Shown: positions 1-12,122, counted from the stretch's first letter. The stretch: DNA of 64,000 nt from Vicugna vicugna (GCA_013265495.1 MU061578.1:939308-1003307); one strand, 5' to 3'. Notes: a model not told the origin generated them from the sequence alone. Made by a program: numbers and translations.

Positions 1-818
1 AGATGATAAACAGATTCTGTGTCTCCTGTTTGGCAAACACCAGGGCTCAGCTTCCCCAAAATCTAATAGGGCGGGAGGCTAGTCGCAATCTGCAGAAGAT
101 TCCCACACTCCATGGAATAGGTTGTGTGCCTCATCTGTATAATTACCAAGGCAGGATATTTAGATTCGAGCGAGAGCGTATATTCAAAGCAAATATTGCC
201 CACATCTAACAAAGAGTTGCCAAATGCTACACAGGAAGCGCTGGCAACAAACAGACCCTGGTTTGTTACTTTCAAGGCTATGAAAAGACACACTGACAAC
301 ACATACCCCTAATGATTTTGTTCTTTTCTGCCCAGACTGGGTTTTCAAAACTGTATTTGTTCTTCCAACCAAGACAATAATAATAAAAAAAAAAGATCCT
401 TTTAGGTCAAGGCAGATCGCAAACACACAGCAGTATAATTAGTGGAGGAAGAACACACCTCTGTGAGGCATCTGTGAAAAGCAGAACTACGTCTTCAGTG
501 TTCGATGTGGTAATTACAACCGGATAGGAGGTGCCACGGAAAATTAACAGTCTCGCCGAGGCAGGAGAAGTAAACAGACGAAACAGGGGCTGCTGGAGGG
601 TCGAGAGAGCAAGTCAATTTTGAGGAGAGATAAAAGAGTTGCCATGTCCGTGATGGCGGTGGGGAGGAGAGAGGGCAGTGGGCCCTGTTATCATCAGTTA
701 ATTAAGCAGGAGGTCCACGCTCGCCTACGCCGCAACATTTGCCATGGTAATCAGATGTATTATTCAAATGTGCAGGAAAACAAATGCCACAGCAGGCCTG
801 ACAGGGAGCCGCCATGTC

Positions 819-839
819 TGCCCACTCCAAGGTGCTGAT
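819..839 (-). promoter_or_regulatory. Candidate RE1/NRSE (REST-binding) element
   Basis: Minus strand reads ATCAGCACCTTGGAGTGGGCA; 16/17 match to RE1 consensus NTYAGMRCCNNRGMSAG. Confidence 0.5.
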
Positions 840-2119
840 GCACGGAGCCAGGGGAGTGAGCGGGGTTCCGCTCCTTGAGGTCTAACCGATGGGGTGGCTT
901 CCTTAAATTCAGGTGGGAGAAAGGAGGGTGGGTGGTGGGGGATGAGGAGAGTCTCTCTAAATTAAATACACTCTCTGGTCTGTGTTTGACAGCCAGCTAA
1001 GGTGAGTGCCAAGGAAGGAAAGACTGGGGTGGGGGCATCAGCTGGTGGAAGACAAGACAGCATCCAATTAAGCTAAGGGTGCAACATAAACGGCATTTAT
1101 CGGGTCTGAGGAGGGGGCTCTGGAAGGCTCAATGTCTTAGTTTACAGGGGAGAGAAGGAGAGAAAGAAAGGGGAAGAGAGAATGTAAGGGTGGCTACCAT
1201 CTTTTCTGGGCTTTCAAGAGAAAGGGGGCCAAAACGCCCCCAAATCTAAGATTCAGTCTCATCCAATAACGATCTGTGGCAAAGGACAGCTCAGTTCCGC
1301 CGGTCTTCCACCCCCAGTGAATGCTGCCCACTGATAAGCAATGACCTTAATGGTATCAGATGAAGCTTTGGGAAAATGAGACAGTGTGTGTGTTGGGTGG
1401 AGATGTGTAGTGGTTCATCTCTGCCCCTGAGACCTGACTCACACCCAGGAGGGACAGTGGTCATTTCATTGGATAGGAAGGTTTCTGGACACTCTGGGGC
1501 ATGGGAGAGAGTCAAGGTTGCCTGCCATACACAATTTCAGGAGCTGCTCCATCCTATGAGAAGTAGGGGTGAAGTCCCCCCACCCAGCCACGGACAGCAC
1601 ATGAGCTAGTCTGATACACTCTGGAAGACCTGCTTTATTCCCAGCCAACCCCTTCCTCTGCTATAATTATTTCACCAGCATGGGGCATGGAGGCTTCTGG
1701 GATGGATGTCATTCATCAGCCCTTGAAGCTGGTCCTCATATTCCCAAACTCAGAGGGGCGGATGGACCTGGGTTGGCCTGAGAGGCAGAGGTGAGGATAA
1801 GAAGTGGAAGGTGGGGATGGGCAGTGATGGGAAATGCCTTGGCCTCCAGTGGCCGAATTTGAGCTGAGAATCTTGTAGAATTCCCACACAATGACATGGG
1901 TGGCTGCCCCTGGGATGAGAGTGGAGGTGGTAGGACTGTGTGTGAGCTTACACAGTGTGTCCGAAGTGTCTCTAACTCAGTAAATCTGCAGCAAAGGGGA
2001 GGTGGGAGATGACAGAGGAACTGAAAGGGGCCAAGAAGCCAAAGGGATATAAAATTCTGCCTGTGGACTGATGCTGTAACCACACACATGCACAGACACA
2101 GAGATCAAACGCACATGCT

Positions 2120-2540
2120 GTTCACATACTTTGTATAGAGCATTCTTTAAACGACAGAATTATAGAGATGAAACAGATTAGTAATTGCCTGGGTTTGGGA
2201 GGGGGGAAAGAGGAAGGTGTGGCTAAGGGCAGAGCCAGGGATCTTTGTGATGGAACTGCTCTCTGTGTTGGCTGTCACGGCTGTCGCAGGAAGCTAGACA
2301 GGCAATAAAATTACAAAAGTAAATACACACACGTCCCCAAGTGCATGTGAAACTGGTGAAATCTGAATAAGGTGGATGGACTGTGTCAAGTTCCCAGTAG
2401 TGATACTGTATAGTCTAGCTATACAAGATGTGACCACTGCGGACACAGGGTGAAGGGAATATGGAAGCATCTCTTTCTGTTATTTCTTACAACTACATGT
2501 GAATCAACAATTATCTCCAAAGGTAAAAAAAATAAAAAGT
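2120..2540 (+). mobile_element. Ancient L1 3' end (L1MC/L1MD-like)
   Basis: GTGAAATCTGAATAAGG...CAAGATGTGACC...TATTTCTTACAACTACATGTGAATC followed by an A-rich tail. Confidence 0.8.
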
Positions 2541-2569
2541 TTTGAGCAAAGGGCCAGTTTAGGAGTCGT

Positions 2570-2755
2570 GCACAAGATTCTTACTGTCCTGACCTATGAA
2601 CCATGAGTCCTTGGACAAGTTACTTCTGGGTGCCCCAATTTTCTGCTATAAAATGTGGATAACAATAATATCTCCTTCAAAAGACTATTGTGGGGATCAC
2701 ATGAGATACTTAGATAGTCCTTGACTCTTAGTCAGAGTCTGATAGGTATTTAATA
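2570..2755 (+). mobile_element. MIR SINE
   Basis: CCTTGGACAAGTTACTT...CTATAAAATGTGGATAACAATAA core. Confidence 0.7.
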
Positions 2756-4315
2756 TTTTAATTTTAGTTTTCTGATTAGCTATTTAATTTTAATGTCATC
2801 GTTTACCATTATCATTTACCACTAGTGCCCAAATCTACGTGGATAAATAAGAACAAGTCTAAATTCAGAGTTGCCTCCACTCAGAGATTAAAGGTGCATC
2901 TACTCCCACTGGATCCTCTTGATTTTCAATGATTGGGAATACTGGGTGCTTTCCATAATCCATCGTTGACCAAAAAGACGAGAAGTCTGTTCCTAGGAAG
3001 GGGATCTGGTCCTCCCCTCTCTCCCAGCCACCGTCCATTTGTAATTTGCCCACCTTATCTACAGAACGACCCTCCCCACCACGGCGCGGCGGCCGGTCCT
3101 CCTGCGTCCTCTATACCAACCAACAGGGGTCGAGGGTGACTCCCAGGCACTCAATCACATCTGCTAAGAGCTACTGAAAGGAGCAACAGGGAATAAAAGT
3201 CTCTATTCTGATCCAATTAGTTGGACACGGATCAATAGGAAGTTTTAGTGTGTCCGTAAGCTCAGAGGCTGCAGATTCCCGGCACCGGGTAATGGGAGAG
3301 AAAGAGAAACGGAGAACGAGGCGGGGAGAAATAATATCTGTTTCCTTGGCACAGAGATTTCCTTATATTGAGTCTGTCACTTCCCATTTCGGTTAACAAA
3401 GTGCTGAATGGAGCTCATCGTTGGGCAAATATTACAGCTCCACGGAATACAAAGTGGGAGCAATTGTTTCAGATTGGGGGTTTAATAAGAAGGAAAGGCC
3501 GAGAGAGAAAGAAGAGATCTCGGGGGGACTGTGTCTGCAAGAGGGGAGACCAGCTCCACAGAGACAAGGTTCAGGGAAGAAGAGAGAAGGCAGTCTCAAG
3601 CTTCACTTGTGTGTGGGTTTTTTTTTTTCTTTTTCTTTTCCTCTCTCTTAATCCATTGCTAGCCCAAGATTCATAGCAAGCATCACTGGGTTCAAAGTTA
3701 CCACAGCCAATGCATAGAAAGGACAGTTCTCTTTTTCCCAGGAGAGGATGCTAAATTTGGAACTGAATAACTTTGGAAAGAAGAGCCTGGGGAAAAAAAA
3801 ATGTTTTAATGCACTCTGCTTATTTTCTTTTACTTTTCTGTGCTGGAAAAGTGGTGTAGTCATTGCCAGGTGGAAAGGAAATTGTAAAACCCTCTTCTTG
3901 TCTTCATGGGACTCAACAAGCACTCCTTGGCTGGGGGCAGTGTATTACAGAGAGGTAGTAGAGAAAGCTGCGTTGGGAAGCTCCTGTACTCTTAGCAGTG
4001 TTAGGTACAGTACAGTCAGGAAACGTTAGATACAGTTAGATTTAGTGCATCGCCCCAAATCACAGGGCCACGGAAGAGGGGAGCGGGGTGTCAAGTCCTG
4101 TTTGGATTCCAAAGCCTGTGCTGATTCCACAAAACCATTCTGTCTGCTCACACAAGCGGCTGGCCTGTCTCTTACTTCCGAGAGATTTATCACCCTGGTG
4201 ATCATGAACCTCAAGTGGACTCGCTCAGAGCTACCCTTTGGATCTGCATACTGCACTAGAGCTGCTCTGGCCACACAGCCAGAACACAGTTATTAGTCTT
4301 GGCCTATAATGCCAG

Positions 4316-4431
4316 CCAGTGCTACCCGACATTGGCTGCACGTCAGATCCATCTGAGACTTTAAAATCCCAGATACCCAGCCCCCCATTCCCAGGGGATT
4401 TGAATGTGCAGCCAGGATTGCAAACTACTGG
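4316..4431. mobile_element. MER5-family hAT DNA transposon fragment
   Basis: CAGTGCTACCC...TTGGCTGCAC...AATGTGCAGCCAGGATTGCAAACTACTG termini. Confidence 0.65.
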
Positions 4432-4559
4432 GCATGGTGATATGATGAATTTGAAATATGGCAACAAAATAATTGGTTCTTTAAGAGGATTAGGACAATA
4501 TGGCTGGTCCCACTCTGGATTTTGAAAAATGAATAAAGTCCAGACTTTTATTCATTAGA

Positions 4560-4750
4560 GGCTGTAGGGTTCAGTAGAAAGGTTCAACATTGGCCATTTA
4601 CTAGCTGTATGACCTTGTAACTTCTTCAGAAATCCTTTATCTATAATATGGAAATGACATGCTTCCCCTTGCAGAGTTGTTATGGGTGTTAGAAAAAAAA
4701 TTTGCAGAATTGCACTGTGCTCAGGATATGGTGGACACTCAACAAGGTCC
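4560..4750 (+). mobile_element. MIR SINE
   Basis: CCATTTACTAGCTGTATGACCTTG...ATCTATAATATGGAAATGAC. Confidence 0.7.
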
Positions 4751-4899
4751 ACCATGTTGGCTGGGAAACCAATGTTTCCTATTGAAAAAACGAAAAGACT
4801 AAACATTAAAAATGACTGCAATACATCTGTGTTAAACGGTGTGATTCACATTAGAGACAAGCAAAGTTGAATGGGAGATTCTTTTATGGTTTCTCTCTT

Positions 4900-5140
4900 T
4901 CCTCTAATCTCATCGTCTCAGGAAGACCTTCTGTGGCCACTCCATCTGTATCTTCTCACACTGCCTTACTCCTACCTGATATCACTTCCTGTGACCCGGG
5001 CATGCACTCATTCACAGAGTGAGGGTACAGTCTGTTTTGTCCATTGCTGGATCCCTAGCACCTGGCATCCCATTGGCCTGTGGAAACCCACCACGAAGAC
5101 TTGTTGAGTAACTGAGTAAGTCGATAATGAATGGATGGAA
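4900..5140 (+). mobile_element. L2 LINE 3' end
   Basis: GTCTGTTTTGTCCATTGCTGGATCCCTAGCACCTGGCA...TGTTGAGT...GAATGGATGG tail. Confidence 0.7.
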
Positions 5141-5179
5141 TCACCCGCAGATGACTTGAACTGGGATTATCCGAATTTC

Positions 5180-5305
5180 TTCTTCAATGTATGGATTCAT
5201 TCCAGCCTTGATGAGTCAGTATCTCCAGAGGCAAGGCCTGGGACTCTGCATTTCCACAAGCTCTGCAGGTGATTCTGATGGACACCAAAGCCTGAGAATC
5301 ACTTC
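5180..5305. mobile_element. MER5A/B fragment
   Basis: GGGACTCTGCATTTCCACAAGCTCTGCAGGTGATTCTGATG...TGAGAATCACT. Confidence 0.75.
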
Positions 5306-5329
5306 TCTGGAGCTAGAGAGGTAACTGTT

Positions 5330-5550
5330 ACTGAGTTGCTTCAATGTGCAAGGTTCTGCACACATTCATATGCGTGCTATCGATTAATCCTCATGAAAGC
5401 TGAAGAGGTGAATATTATCCCCATTTTGTAGTACAGAAACCAGACTCTTGGACCATATGAAATATGAGGGCACTCAGCTGGTAAATAATGGCACTGAGCC
5501 CAGGACCCAGCTCTACAGTCATAAAGAGAAATACTCTTTTTGATCAACTG
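5330..5550 (-). mobile_element. MIR SINE
   Basis: TTAATCCTCATG...ATTATCCCCATTTTGTAG..CAGAAACC (reverse core). Confidence 0.7.
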
Positions 5551-5764
5551 TGCTACCCTCAAACCAAATATTCCCTGTTTCCTATTTGAATCTTAGCCAT
5601 TTCTGAACCCCACAGACACCTGGGAAGACTTCGTTGATATTTATTTCAGATATTAGGTAACCAGTGCTTGACGAACAGCAAGAATACATATGGTAGCAAA
5701 ACAAAGCCTAGAGCCTATGGAGAACGGTAAGACAGCTTCACAGCCAGAGTGAAGGAGCGAACCT

Positions 5765-5935
5765 CAGTGGTTTTCAAAGTGTGATCTTCAAGCTAAGCAG
5801 CATGACATCGCTTGGATCTTAGGAGAAACACAAAATCCCTCGGCACCATCCTGGAGCCACTGAATCAGGCACTCTGGAGGGTGGGGTCCAGCCGTCTGGG
5901 TTTTAACAAGCCCTCCTAGGAAGTGTGAGACCGGC
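5765..5935. mobile_element. MER5A
   Basis: CAGTGGTTTTCAAAGTGTG...CAGCATGACATC...ACTGAATCAG..ACTCTGG...TTTTAACAAGCCCTCC. Confidence 0.85.
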
Positions 5936-6411
5936 TTCCGTTAAGAAGGAGTGGGGAGGGAGGGGAGGCCATTTCAGGTGGGGTGCTTCACCACTGCCAG
6001 GGGAGAGAAATGGTTTGAGGGTGCAGATTCTTGTTAAGACAACAAGGAGCCAGCCACTCTAGGCTTCTGGGTAGAGCACCACTGTGAACAACTGGTGCTG
6101 AGAAGGACTGCAAAATCAGGGAAGCTGGAGACCTCAGTGTGTTTTCCCTAGAGCTCTCTGTTTCAGATGTAAAGGATTCCATGATTTGACCAGTTCAGGA
6201 AACCTGGGCTAAAGCAAATCACACAAATACACTGATGTTTAATGGTGAGACTTTTCAGAGACTGCCATTGCCTGATACATACCATGAGAATATCAAATAG
6301 AACATTCTGCATTACTCAGTGAGAAATCCTGATTAACGGGAAACGCTGGGACTTTTCGGTTCTTCCGTATTTTCTGTGTGTGCTTATGTGTTTTCTTTTC
6401 TTTTTTTTCTT

Positions 6412-6850
6412 TTCAAAAATAAACTATTTTAGAATAGGTTTAGATTTTCAGAAATGTTGTAAAGGTAGTAAGGAGGGTCTGTACATACTCAATGCCCAAC
6501 GTCCCCTGTTATTAGTATATCTTACAGTAGTGTGGTATTCTTGTGTAACTAATGAGCCAGTATTAATGCATTATTGTTAACTGAAGTCCACGCTGTACTC
6601 AGATTTCCTCAGTTTTCATCTAATGTCCTTTTTTGGCTCCGGGATTCTTCCCAGAACACATTTTACTTGAGCTTCCAGCCTCCATGGACTCCTCTTGGCT
6701 GGGATAGCTTCTCAGACTTTCCTTGGTTTTGATCATCTTGACAGCTTATGTGTTGATCAGATATTTTGTAGGACATCCCTTACTTGGGATTTGTCTGCTC
6801 TTTTTCTTAAAATAATACTGAGGTTACAGATTCTGGGGAGGAAGACCAGA
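6412..6850 (-). mobile_element. Ancient L1 3' region (L1MC-like)
   Basis: TTAACTGAAGTCCAC...CAGATTTCCTCAGTTTT...TTCTCAGACTTTCCTTGGTTTTGATCATCTTGACAG. Confidence 0.85.
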
Positions 6851-7284
6851 GTTATCCCCTTTTTTGGACTATTTACTATTTTCACATGCTCAGCATCTTT
6901 CCCACACTGTTAGGGCTTTGATTCCCCCTCTTAAAGATGGGATGATTTTGAGAAGAAAGATTTCACAATTGAGATCCCATACATTGTCGGGCAAACGAAT
7001 GCAGAGGTTTGGCTAATCTGATGAGGACGAAATCTGACTCTTAAATGCAACGTTGTGTGTGGGTGGAATTCTTAGAGTTCCAATTTGATGGCAACTGGCC
7101 CATTACTAGGTGGTGACCGCTCGCTGGGGCCTAGTAGTACTCCTCATAGTCAGGAAGACTTGCAAATACATAAAAAAAAAAACCCTCTTATTTCCCCAAG
7201 ACTGATGAAAATGCAGGACCCTCTGTGCAAAGTATGAACATCTATCTGAAGCTGTTATCCAGCCAAGGGTGTGGGCTGGGGGTT

Positions 7285-7510
7285 AATAACATAGACTGTA
7301 GTGTTAATCTCCTGGGTTTAAATCCCAGCTTTGTTACTTAGAGGTTTGGCGACAATATTCCCACAGCATCAGCGTCCTCTCTTGCCAAGTGGGGAGTAAG
7401 AACATTACCTCCAGCAGGGAGCTGTGATGTTCGTCCAATGAGCTAATAATGCCTAGCTGGGCAAGGCTTACAGCACTGTGTCTGGACCATACCAGCCACC
7501 CAGTGCACAG
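7285..7510 (+). mobile_element. MIR SINE
   Basis: CCTGGGTTTAAATCCCAGCTTTGTTACTTA...CTTACAGCACTGTGTCTGG. Confidence 0.7.
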
Positions 7511-7526
7511 CAGGTACTGTTTTTAC

Positions 7527-7597
7527 AGGGATTAAAACGTGACATTGCAGTAGGTAAACAACTGTCAAAAGCCAGCAATTCCATATAGTTCAATCTA
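7527..7597. mobile_element. MADE2-like mariner MITE
   Basis: ...GTAGGTAAACAACTGTCAAAAGCCAGCAATTCCATATAGTTCAATCTA resembles the ~80-bp MADE2 and its TIR. Confidence 0.6.
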
Positions 7598-8863
7598 TCA
7601 CTTATATCATCGTCATCATCTTCATCACCGAAGAGACCAAAACAAGATGGAGCTTTCATTCACTGAAGCGACCGTAGCGTGGGAGCCACCCAGCTGTGCC
7701 CAGGTCCCCCGCCGGGTCCTGCTATTAGAGAGCTACCAGCCCTGACAGTAGGCAGCACACCTCCTCATTTCTAACCCGGCCGCACTGGGCGGACCCCTCC
7801 TCCCATTTAAACCATTGCCAATAACTCCATTTCTCCACACTTCATTCTCCCCCATTGCCTGGCCCGAACCATAGCAAAGCAATGGGACTAAAGAGAAATT
7901 TCACAGCTCCTGACCTTCAGCGAAGAATGCCCAGGAGCAAAGAATGAATGAAACATGATGAAGTTTCATGAATTTTTCTAGAAAATCTAACTTTCAATGA
8001 AATCGGGGAGGTGGGGGTCAGGGAACAGCCAGAGAGAGAGAGGGCCAGCCCCGTGGTGATTGGATTACATCCACCAGCCTGTGGTTCCTTATTAAGACCA
8101 TCCAAACGGATGTAATATATATCACACACGCATACATATTCAACGCAGACGCGTACGGTGCTTGGGATACTGCGAAATAATTGGAAACAAGAAACAATAG
8201 GCGATATCTTTGCAACAGAATTGTGTTCAGAAAGAGTCGTGCTGTTTGTTTTCTCTGTTTTCCGCATTCTGTGACACGGAGGGAGGGGAGAGAAATGCCA
8301 TTCTCCAATCACTAAAAGTAAATACTTGTGTTATATTCTGTTGCCTCCGCAATGAATAAAACAGGCATGCGGGTTTATAATATCAATTCACAGGGCTCTT
8401 TCTGCTCCAGTGAACTGTTACTGAACGGTTCAGAACAAAGCTACAGGCAGATCGGACCAAGCTCTTCTAACAGGGTTGACATTAGGCACAGCCCGATAAG
8501 ACCACATCAGAGAGATGCTCATTCTCCAGACCGTCTGATCACAGCAGCCCGCGACGGAGAGGTGCTCCAGCTCCCGGAACCTGATCACAGACCTGGCTCT
8601 GCTGATCTGGCTTAGAGCGACGACGCAGCTCAGGGTTATCAGGCGAAGCTGGAGGGGTTCAAGGCAATCTCGTCTCTCAGCGTGTTTAGACATTAATAAG
8701 AGCCCAGCCCTGGAGGAAGGAGCGGGGAGAACTGAGGGGAAGGGTGCAGGTCTGCAAAAGGACAAGAACACAAGTTCATCTGATAGAACAACAGGCAGCG
8801 TTTTACATGCGCGGATGCCAAGCACCGCCTGGGCCCCGTCTAAAACCATCCCTGGGATCAGAA

Positions 8864-9065
8864 CAACTGTTCTCAGCCAGGGGCCAACCTGACTTTCATT
8901 CCTCAGGGACATCTGGCAATGTCTGGAGGCATGTTTGATCGTCACACTGGGAGGGGGGTTTTCTACTCGCATCCAGGGCTGCTAAACATCCTACAATGCA
9001 CAGGACAGCCCCTTACGACGGAGACTTCTACGGCACGAAGTGTCAGTGGTGGAGCAACGTCCCCT
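8864..9065 (+). mobile_element. MER20 hAT DNA transposon
   Basis: GGGACATCTGGCAATGTCTGGAG...GCTGCTAAACATCCTACAATGCACAGGACAGCCCC. Confidence 0.9.
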
Positions 9066-9698
9066 AGAAGCTAGCAACCTTGCTTGTCCATCTAGACCAA
9101 GATAAAGCCTCACTCAGTTGGATTATCAGGTTAGCTATCGCAACAGACATCTCAATCCTCGGGGCAATCGAGGCGCAGTCTGCAGAGGGGACAGCATCAG
9201 GAATGAGTTACGTCTCTTCAGCAGATCAAACAGATGGTTATAATTTAAGGATATTTATGGGATATTCTTGGAGACGTACTGTTTACTCCCATTCATCTCA
9301 GCGCAGTGACACTTGTGAATCCTTTATTGTATTCGACTTCCCGACGAAGACACATTTTAACTCTTTTAACAAATTGTTCAAAATGAACAGAGTCCCCCGT
9401 ATTAAAATTTCCTCCGCCTCGCTGTCATCTACAAGTCACCACGACGAAACACAGTGTATCTCACTAAACATAGCTGGGGAATAAAAAAAAAAGAAACAAT
9501 TTGTGGGTCTGCCTCAATTAACTTGAGACCTTTATCATTTGCAGTAATAAGGTTATTCATAGAGTGATGCTCAGATACTATCATCTGAAGAGGGTGAATG
9601 GCCTGACGCCCGAGGTGGCCCGGGAGTGGTGGGCTGTGGCGAATCAAATTTTCCGTGCTGTCACGAGGGAAGGTTGCCAATGTCCCATCGTCTAAAGT

Positions 9699-9921
9699 GA
9701 GGGGTTCTGAACTTTTCTCGGAGAAGGGCCAGAGGGTAAATATCTTAGACCATGTGGGCCACCCATTCTGTTGCAACAAGTCAACTCTGCCGCTGTAGCA
9801 CAAAAGCGGCCATCGACCGTTTGTACATAAATATGTGCATGGCCGCGTTCCAATGAAACTCTGTTTACGAAAAAAGTTTGCAGGCCAGATTTGGCCCTCG
9901 GGCCATAGTCAGTCCACCCCC
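9699..9921. mobile_element. MER58A
   Basis: AAGGGCCAGAGGGTAAATAT...TCAACTCTGCCGCTGTAGC...GTTCCAATGAAACT...GGCCAGATTTGGCCC. Confidence 0.9.
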
Positions 9922-10324
9922 AGCGCAAGAGAAAATCCGAGAGCTTAAGTGAAGACACCGAGTCTGCAAAGATGTAGACGGCACTTGAAAATGGGTACAG
10001 CCTCTAGGTGATGGTTGTGTCCCCATCGCCTTTGTGCTAAAGCCAATCTCAGCGGCAATGAGTATAATGGGAAACGGTGTCCTAGTGAGGTTGCTGTACT
10101 AGGCAGTGCTTCTTTTCTGTTTCTACGGAACCCTGTACATGCATTTCTTAGGAAAACTAAAGCGTGAAACACAAATTGAGCCCCTACCATGCCATGCGCC
10201 AGGCACCATAATAGCCTCTGAGGGTGCAAAGATGAATCCAAATTATAATCATCATACCTGCCCTACAGCAGTTATGCCAGCATCATGTTTTCTTTTCTGC
10301 ACTGCCCTTCTCTGCAGCACACAA

Positions 10325-10328
<4 letters not shown>

Positions 10329-10359
<31 letters not shown>
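10329..10359. repeat. (CA)n microsatellite
   Basis: Read directly. Confidence 0.95.
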
Positions 10360-10361
<2 letters not shown>

Positions 10362-10455
10362 GGCATACTCCATTCAAGTCACACGAAGGCAAAATTTATG
10401 TTTTTTTCATCAGTGTTTTTTCCAGTAACTCTAGCGGTGGCAGCTATAAAGTAAG

Positions 10456-10950
10456 AGTGGTGGGCAGAATAATGCTCTCCCCCTCCAAAAATGTCCAGGT
10501 CCCAATCCCCAGAACCCACGCCCAGGTCACCTTACATTGCAAAAAGGATGCTGTCAACGGGATGAAGTAAAGGATCTTGAGGTGGGGAGACTACACTGGA
10601 TCATCTGGGTGGATCCAATATAATCACAAGGGTCCTTGAAAGAGCAGAGAAGGAGCTATGGCCTCAGGGGTCAGAGTCCGAGAGAGCTTTGAGGATGCTG
10701 TGTTGTATGCTTTGAAGATAGAGGAAGGGGCCACGGGCCAAGGAAGGCAGGCAACCTCTGGCTAGGAAACGGGTCCTCCCCTCCAGTGTCCAGAAGGAAC
10801 ACGGCCCTGCCAACAGCTTCTGAGCCCCACAGCTCCACCTGGGACTTGTGCCCCTGCCAGACATAGTGACGTAGTGACATAGTACATTTGTGTTGTCTTA
10901 AATCACAAGTTGGTGGTCATTTGTTACAGCAGCCACAGGACACGGAAGCT
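10456..10950 (+). mobile_element. MLT1D-like solo LTR (ERVL-MaLR)
   Basis: GGCAGAATAATG...TCCCCAGAACC...AATCACAAGGGTCCTT...GTGGTCATTTGTTACAGCAGCCACAGGA. Confidence 0.9.
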
Positions 10951-11539
10951 GCCGAGTCACGATTTATGGCGCGGTGGAAGGGTCACTTTGGGACACGGGA
11001 AGTTTTGAGGGAGAGCATCTCTGGATTTGGGAACGTTTGCGTGTCATTTAGTTTTTTCTCCTAAGTGTTTTTGCATCACTCTCTCACTTACTGTTTACTC
11101 AAAAACAAGATTCAAAAGTGGGTTTCCTTTTGGGTTTGGGCCTCTCTATTTGTACAAGTCAAGCATGCACGCCTGGCCGTTCTGCTGTAAAGGCTCTGGA
11201 AGCCTCCAAGGGGGAGAAGTCTAGGGAGATGCCAGCCTCACAATCTGCTAAAAACGTAAGCCCTGTGACTGAGCTGCTGGTGTGCAGTTATCATAGATGT
11301 CCTGGGTGCCACCGGCAAGAGGAATTACAGGGCCTTGGGAGAATCAGCAAGTGTCCTTTATGGAGCATTAACCTCCCCTCTGTCTCAAGCTGGCAGAAAG
11401 AAGAGAAGGAACACCCCCAGCCCTGGGAGGCTGGGAGCCAACTCAGGGCACGTTTTGCCCCACAGTCTGTGCAGAAACCACTTTAGGCCATGCCCGCCTT
11501 CCTGGGATGGACAGCAAGTCACAGGGAAAGACAGTGGCC

Positions 11540-11735
11540 CCAGAAGAATTGGATCTGGGTTCAAAACTGGACCTCCTGCTTGGTAGCGGGGTTAATCCAG
11601 AGTAAGAAACACAGGCTCTCTGAGCCTCAGTTTCCTCTTCTATGAAACAGAGCAAGAATTCCACCCTCAACATGATTTCTTCAAGGCTAGAAGTGGTATG
11701 AGCGAAGTACTCAGCGCAGAATAGGCCGACAAAAT
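11540..11735 (+). mobile_element. MIR SINE
   Basis: CTGGGTTCAAA...CTCTCTGAGCCTCAGTTTCCTCTTCTATGAAA. Confidence 0.8.
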
Positions 11736-11905
11736 ACAGCGCTTCTTTTTCACTCCTTCATGGGGTGGTGGCTTTGGCGAGCCATCACGTGTGACTGCAG
11801 CGATGTAAGAAAGCTTTTCTGGGACGATCACAACTGGAAAGACTTACCTTACTGTGTGTTTTGAAGAATGCAGTCACCTTGACGACAAAGCCTTGGTCTC
11901 AAGAA

Positions 11906-12122
11906 CAGAGTTTTTCAACCTCGGCACTGTTGGCAGTTTGGGTAATTTCTGTCGTGGGGTCTGTCCTGTGCACGGTAGCATGTTTTGCCGCATCCCTGGC
12001 CTCTACCCAATAGGTATCCATGGCAACTCTCCTTTTCTCCACTAATCATGACAACCAAAAAGTGTCTCTGAACGTGGCCAGTGAACTCTGGGCACTCAGT
12101 CACACCTGGCTGAGAATCACGG
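11906..12122 (-). mobile_element. MER20
   Basis: TCAACCTCGGCACTGTTG...GTCCTGTGCAC...GCATCCCTGGCCTCTACCCA...GACAACCAAAAA. Confidence 0.9.

Noticed and set aside
10860..10885. Three copies of GACRTAGT inside the MLT1D LTR
   Set aside because: Ordinary slippage micro-duplication.
12014..12027. RFX X-box-like GTATCCATGGCAAC
   Set aside because: It lies inside a MER20 and has no supporting context.
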